Assembly: GCA_002314675.1 (NCBI GenBank)
Contig: DCGZ01000157.1
Location: forward strand, 177-64,176
Direction: 5' to 3'
Source: Fibrobacter sp. UBA1765
Lineage (GTDB): Bacteria > Fibrobacterota > Fibrobacteria > Fibrobacterales > Fibrobacteraceae
Length of the DNA: 64,000 bases
Shown: positions 59,464 through 64,000 of the stretch, piece after piece
Layout of the letters: the number at the start of each line of letters is the position of its first letter
Numbering within the stretch: position 1 is the stretch's first letter
Notes under the pieces: model-generated
The model's input: only the letters and a program-made list of their open reading frames with translations
Database searches by the model: none
What the model was told of the DNA's origin: nothing
Position numbers and translations under genes: made by a program

Positions 59464-62398
59464 TTATTTCTCGCCAGGAAATTTTGGTTTGTGGGATTTT
59501 TCAATGGGACAGTTGTCAAATGCGTTTTTATTGTTTGTTACATTGTTAACATTCCATTCAGAGATGTCTCTGTTGAATTTGGAATCACAGAATATCCAAT
59601 CCATGTCAGCTACATTGCTAACATTCCATTTAGAAATGTCTCCATTGAATTTAGAATCACAGAACATCCAACTCATATCTTTTACATTACTTACGTTCCA
59701 GTTTGAAATGTCTCCGTTGAATTGACAATTTTGGAACATGCCTTTCATGTTTGTGACGTTACCTATGTTCCATTTGGAGATGTCTCCGTCAAATTCAGAA
59801 CATTCGAACATACCACTCATGTTCTTTACGTTGCCCGTATTCCATTTGGAAATGTCTCCATTGAATTGAGAGTTGCTGAAAATACAGCTCATGTCAGTGA
59901 TGTTGCTTGTATCAATAAAATTAAGGTTGCATTTATGGCCTTTTATTTCGATAGTCTGCTTGATTAAACTTTCCAAATGTTCTTTGTCTCGCACCTTGAT
60001 GGATATGTTGTTTCGGAATTTTGAAATAGAAAATAAAGAATGTCCATCTGTGATATTAGATATGTTCCATTTAGAGATGTCTCTATTGAATTGAGAACCT
60101 CTGAATATGCTTCTCGTATTTGTCACACTGCTTACATTCCATTCGGAGATGTCTCCATTGAATTGAGAACCTCTGAACAAGTCACTCATGTCAGTGACGT
60201 TGCTTACATTCCACTCAGAGATGTCTCCGTTGAATAATGCTTCACAGAACATACTTCTCATGTCAATGACATTGCTTACGTTCCATTCGGAGATGTCTCT
60301 GTTGAATTGAGAATTTCTGAACATGTAGCTCATGTCAGTGACCTTGCTTACGTTCCATTCAGAGAAATCTCCGTCAAATTGTGAGTTTTCGAACATATGA
60401 CTCATGTTCGTTACGTTGCTCACATTCCATTTAGAGATGTCTCCGTTGAATCTGGAGCCGCTGAACATATAGCTCATGTCAGTGATGTTGCTGACGTCAA
60501 TAAAGTTTAGATTGCAGTAGCAGCCGTTTCGTACGATAGTCTGCTTGATTAAACTTTCCAAATGTTCTTTGTCTCGCGCCTTGATGGATATGTTTGGAAA
60601 GAATTTGGAAATAGAAATCAAAGAATGCTCATCTGTGATTTTAGATATATTCCATTTAGAGATGTCTCCGTTGAATTGGGAATCACTGAATATCCAATCC
60701 ATGTCAGCTACATTGCTAACATTCCATTTAGAGATGTCTCTAGTGAATTGAGAATTTCTGAACATGTAGCTCATGTCAGTGACATTGCTTACGTTCCATT
60801 TAGAGATATCTCCGTTGAATTTAGATCCGCTGAACATACTTCTCATGTCAGTAACGTTGCTAACATTCCATTTAGAGATGTCTCCGTTGAAGCTGGAACC
60901 ATTGAACATTTCGCTCATGTTCGTTACGTTGCTCACATTCCATCTAGAAATGTCACCATTGAATTGGGAATTTGAATAGGAATCACCTTCGTCATCAGAC
61001 CAGGAAGTAAATAAGTTACTCATGTCAGTGATGTTGCTGACGTCAATAAAGTTTAGATTGCAGTAGCAGCCGTTTCGTACGATAGTCTGATTGATTAAAC
61101 TTTCCAAATGTTCTTTGTCTCGCGCCTTGATGGATATGTTTGGAAAGAATTTGGAAAGGGAAATCAAAGAACGCTCATCTGTTTCAGATACATTCCATTT
61201 AGAGATGTCGCCGTTGAATTTAGACCTGCTGAATATCCAATCCATGTCATCTACATTGCTTACATTCCATTTAGAGATGTCTCTATTGAATTCAGACCCG
61301 CTGAACATGTGGCTCATGTCAGTGACATTGCTTACATTCCATTCGGAGATGTCTCCGTTGAATTGAGAATTTCTGAACATGTAGCTCATGTTCGTTACGT
61401 TGCTCACATCCCACTTGGAAATGTCTCCGTTGAATTTAGAATCCAGAAACATGACGCTCATGTCGGTCACATTGCTCATGTTCCATTTTGAGATGTTGCC
61501 ATTGAATTTAGACCCACTGAACATGTGGCTCATGTCAGTGACATTGCTTACATCCCATTTGCAAATGTCTCCGTTGAATTGAGAATATTCGAACATTCCG
61601 CTCATATTTGTGACGTTGCTTACGTCCCATTTAGAGATGTCTCCGTTGAAGCTGGAACCATTGAACATATGGCTCATGTCCGTTACGTTGCTCACATTCC
61701 ATCTAGAAATGTCTCCGTTGAATCGGGAATTGGAATAGGAATTGCCTTCGTCGTCGGACCAAGAATCATCTTCATCATCAGGCCAGGAAGCAAATAAATA
61801 ACTCATGTCGGTAACATTACTGACATCAATGAAATTCAAGTCGCAATTGTAGCCGTTTAGTTCAATAGTTTGCTTAATCAAATTTTCCAAATGGCTTTTG
61901 TCTCGAGCCTTGATAGATATGTTGGTGTGAAATTTAGATAGAAAAATCAAAGAATGTTCATCAGTTTCATTGGTGATTTTGGATACATTCCATCTAGAAA
62001 TGTCTCCGTTGAATCGTGAGCTGGAATAGGAATCGCCTTCGTCGTCGGACCAGGAATCATCTTCATCATCCGACCAGGAACCAAATAAATCGCTCATGTT
62101 TGTCACGTTGCTCACGTCCCATTCAGAGATGTCTCCGTTGAATTGAGACTCGTTGAACATGCCCTCCATGTTTGTTACATTGCTCACATCCCACTTGGAG
62201 ATGTCCCCATTGAATTGTGAATTGCAGAACATTTCGCTCATGTTTGTCACATTGCTCACATCCCATTTGGAAATGTCTCCGTTGAATTCAGAATCCTTGA
62301 ACATTTCACTCATGTCCGTCACATTACTTACATTAATGAAATTTAGATCGCATTCGTTTCCTAATTTTTGAATCGCCTCACGAATAAGTTCGGATAAG
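59464..62398 (-). repeat. coding tandem repeat array (about 75-nt units in 5 higher-order modules)
   Basis: Module heads at approx. 59890, 60475, 61021, 61802 and 62322. 60475-60612 and 61021-61158 are almost identical at the DNA level. Confidence 0.9.
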
Positions 62399-63582
62399 TG
62401 TTCTTTATTTTGTGCCACGATTCTTTTTCTTGCTTTCTGAGCAATAAAATTAACCATGCCTTCAAGGACTTCATCGCTGTAATAAACACCGTGAACTCGT
62501 CTGGTGTCACTGCCGTTGGCCGTTTCAACCAGCATGTCGCCTTTACCAAGTAAATCTTCTGCTCCGCCTTCTCCAAGGATTGTTCTGCTGTCGATGTCTG
62601 TTCGAACTTTAAATGCAAATGTTGCGGCAAGGTTTGCCTTGAGATCCCCAGTCACGACTTTTGTACTTGGTCTTTGCGTTGCAAGTATTATATGGATTCC
62701 TGCTGCTCGACTTTTTTGGGAAAGTCTTTGAACGCAGTTCGTAAGTTCCTTGCCGTTGCTTAACATTAAATCTGCAAATTCATCTACAATGCAGACTATG
62801 TATTTCATTTGCTTTTGGATAGGTTGTTTTTGGTTGAATGCCTTGATGTTTTTTGTCTTGGTTTTTGCTAAAAGGTCATATCGGCGTTCCATTTCGTCGA
62901 TAAGCCAATTTAGCTTGTCTATGCATTCTTCTGCATTGACGAGTACAGTGTTGTCTATGACATTTGGCAGTTTTTCAAACGTTCCAAGTTCAACGCCCTG
63001 TTTTGGGTCAATGAGCATCAACTGATATTCATGCTCGCTTTTGTGCTTTAGCAGGCTGGCTATGATGCTGTTTATGCATACACTTTTCCCGGAACCGGTT
63101 TGGCCAGCAATGAGCAAGTGAGGAGCTTCGGCCAAGTCTATGGCTACGCTTTCTCCAGTAATGCCTACACCTATTTCTAATGGCAGCTCCATTTGGCTGC
63201 AATCGGCGTTTACATTGCCCGGTAAAACATTCTTGCGATTTTTTACAGGAATGTCTATAGCGACGCAGCCTAAATCGCTATTGATGGAACAGCTTAGCTG
63301 CTTTGTCATTAAGGCTATGGCTAGGTCATCTTTTAAGCTTATTATGGAACTGGCTTTTGTTCCTATTGCTGGTCGAACGTTTATTCTTGTAATGACCGGG
63401 CCGCATTCAATGCTGTGGAATGTGGCCTTTACCCCAAAGCTTTCCAGGTTTTGTACAATTTGTTCACCAAGGGATTCATCTGCAGGATTGGTTAAATCTT
63501 CTTTTTCGCTGCAAAAGCGCTTTATCATTTCATTGCGTTCAGATTTTGTGATGCTAGGACTGACGAATTCAAATTCCATCAT
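59464..63582 (-). CDS. FtsK/SpoIIIE-type ATPase fused to about 28 DUF285/BspA-like leucine-rich-type repeats (1372 aa)
   Basis: N-terminal approx. 390 aa: Walker A IAGQTGSGKS (nt 63082-63105), Walker B IVCIVDEFADL and ILATQRPS. No TM helix or signal peptide seen. The remainder is repeats of F..S.FNGDIS.W[ND]VSNVT.MS.MF in five modules. Confidence 0.85.
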   Translation of the reverse strand: MMEFEFVSPSITKSERNEMIKRFCSEKEDLTNPADESLGEQIVQNLESFGVKATFHSIECGPVITRINVRPAIGTKASSIISLKDDLAIALMTKQLSCSINSDLGCVAIDIPVKNRKNVLPGNVNADCSQMELPLEIGVGITGESVAIDLAEAPHLLIAGQTGSGKSVCINSIIASLLKHKSEHEYQLMLIDPKQGVELGTFEKLPNVIDNTVLVNAEECIDKLNWLIDEMERRYDLLAKTKTKNIKAFNQKQPIQKQMKYIVCIVDEFADLMLSNGKELTNCVQRLSQKSRAAGIHIILATQRPSTKVVTGDLKANLAATFAFKVRTDIDSRTILGEGGAEDLLGKGDMLVETANGSDTRRVHGVYYSDEVLEGMVNFIAQKARKRIVAQNKEHLSELIREAIQKLGNECDLNFINVSNVTDMSEMFKDSEFNGDISKWDVSNVTNMSEMFCNSQFNGDISKWDVSNVTNMEGMFNESQFNGDISEWDVSNVTNMSDLFGSWSDDEDDSWSDDEGDSYSSSRFNGDISRWNVSKITNETDEHSLIFLSKFHTNISIKARDKSHLENLIKQTIELNGYNCDLNFIDVSNVTDMSYLFASWPDDEDDSWSDDEGNSYSNSRFNGDISRWNVSNVTDMSHMFNGSSFNGDISKWDVSNVTNMSGMFEYSQFNGDICKWDVSNVTDMSHMFSGSKFNGNISKWNMSNVTDMSVMFLDSKFNGDISKWDVSNVTNMSYMFRNSQFNGDISEWNVSNVTDMSHMFSGSEFNRDISKWNVSNVDDMDWIFSRSKFNGDISKWNVSETDERSLISLSKFFPNISIKARDKEHLESLINQTIVRNGCYCNLNFIDVSNITDMSNLFTSWSDDEGDSYSNSQFNGDISRWNVSNVTNMSEMFNGSSFNGDISKWNVSNVTDMRSMFSGSKFNGDISKWNVSNVTDMSYMFRNSQFTRDISKWNVSNVADMDWIFSDSQFNGDISKWNISKITDEHSLISISKFFPNISIKARDKEHLESLIKQTIVRNGCYCNLNFIDVSNITDMSYMFSGSRFNGDISKWNVSNVTNMSHMFENSQFDGDFSEWNVSKVTDMSYMFRNSQFNRDISEWNVSNVIDMRSMFCEALFNGDISEWNVSNVTDMSDLFRGSQFNGDISEWNVSSVTNTRSIFRGSQFNRDISKWNISNITDGHSLFSISKFRNNISIKVRDKEHLESLIKQTIEIKGHKCNLNFIDTSNITDMSCIFSNSQFNGDISKWNTGNVKNMSGMFECSEFDGDISKWNIGNVTNMKGMFQNCQFNGDISNWNVSNVKDMSWMFCDSKFNGDISKWNVSNVADMDWIFCDSKFNRDISEWNVNNVTNNKNAFDNCPIEKSHKPKFPGEK

Positions 63583-63794
63583 GATGAAACCTCGTAAGGC
63601 TTGGGTATGTTGTTTACATTCGCTAATATATATTCTTTATCGGAAAAGAAAATTGCAAATGAATCAAAACCGGACCGTAAAGACTGAATCTCCCCAAAAT
63701 TTACGCTCGCTTTCATAAACTTTCAATTCCCCGCTTGCCTTTTTCAAGAAAAATTTCATAATGCCTTTTGTACCTCAACCAAGGAACGGTCGTT

Positions 63795-64000
63795 ATGGAA
63801 CAGTCTTTAATCACTATCCCGACAATGAAACAGGTTATCGCTTTCTTTGGATGGGGCGATAGCCTGCTTGCGCTTTCTGGTGTTAGCCTGGTTTTGGCGT
63901 TGTGCGCGGTGTTCTTTTTGGTTGTCGTAGGCTTTTTTATGAACCTGGCCGAAAAAGCGGAACTTTGCATTCTTCGCAAAAGTTTCGGCTGGTCGTTTGC
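63795..64000 (+). CDS. partial ORF, small membrane protein (runs off the window end)
   Basis: ATG 8 nt after AAGGAA. Translates to MEQSLITIPTMKQVIAFFGWGDSLLALSGVSLVLALCAVFFLVVVGFFM..., with clear TM character. Not in the track because no stop is reached. Confidence 0.4.
   Translation, partial: MEQSLITIPTMKQVIAFFGWGDSLLALSGVSLVLALCAVFFLVVVGFFMNLAEKAELCILRKSFGWSF

Noticed and set aside
59464-62400. Regularly spaced repeats that could be mistaken for a CRISPR array
   Set aside because: The units are about 75 nt, in frame and translated as a conserved peptide repeat within one long ORF. There are no unique spacers and no cas genes in the window. The 56-nt pair at 26322/26511 has only two copies, so it is not a CRISPR either.
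63713-63979. 88-aa minus-strand ORF at the window end
   Set aside because: The composition is basic and low-complexity with no RBS. The overlapping plus-strand partial ORF from 63795 has an AAGGAA RBS and a clear TM helix, so I preferred that, itself at low confidence.

Overview
The window looks like a chromosomal segment of a Fibrobacter-like (Fibrobacterota/FCB-group) fibre degrader. That call is an inference from gene content: three GH5 cellulases, a GH8, proteins with T9SS-type C-terminal domains, a Bat/MoxR operon, and mid-range GC by eye. I support about 54 coding regions.

Housekeeping genes:
- HU, a glgA-like GT4, dsbD, a CCA/poly(A) polymerase-family enzyme and lpxA
- rpmH-rnpA-yidD-yidC
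- a DEAD-box helicase
- a hybrid histidine kinase
- two envelope-glycosylation clusters

No rRNA, tRNA, CRISPR array, integrase or transposase was recognised.

Four regions deserve a second look, strongest first:
1. 59464-63582 (- strand): a 1372-aa protein fuses an intact, soluble FtsK/SpoIIIE-type ATPase to about 28 DUF285/BspA-like leucine-rich-type repeats arranged in five super-modules. It sits in an AT-rich, hypothetical-rich stretch (about 57.0-63.7 kb) next to a decayed nucleotidyltransferase gene.
2. 54210-57016: three divergent paralogous sigma-70-family genes lie in tandem. One is packed with two small acidic ORFs and the helicase. Another is preceded by about 680 nt of ORF-poor sequence.
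3. 31.8-40.5 kb: in the Bat operon nearly every intergenic spacer is built from short word repeats. Two spacers carry four-helix-bundle (23S rRNA IVS / Avd-like) genes bracketed by inverted repeats, which resembles rRNA intervening sequences placed in an mRNA.
4. 16606-26227: a tight six-gene operon encodes a CBM-like protein, three very large predicted beta-barrel outer-membrane proteins (two clearly paralogous), a lipoprotein and a GH18-like protein lacking the catalytic Glu. Cellulase genes flank it on both sides.

All family assignments come from motif recognition by eye, with no database search.
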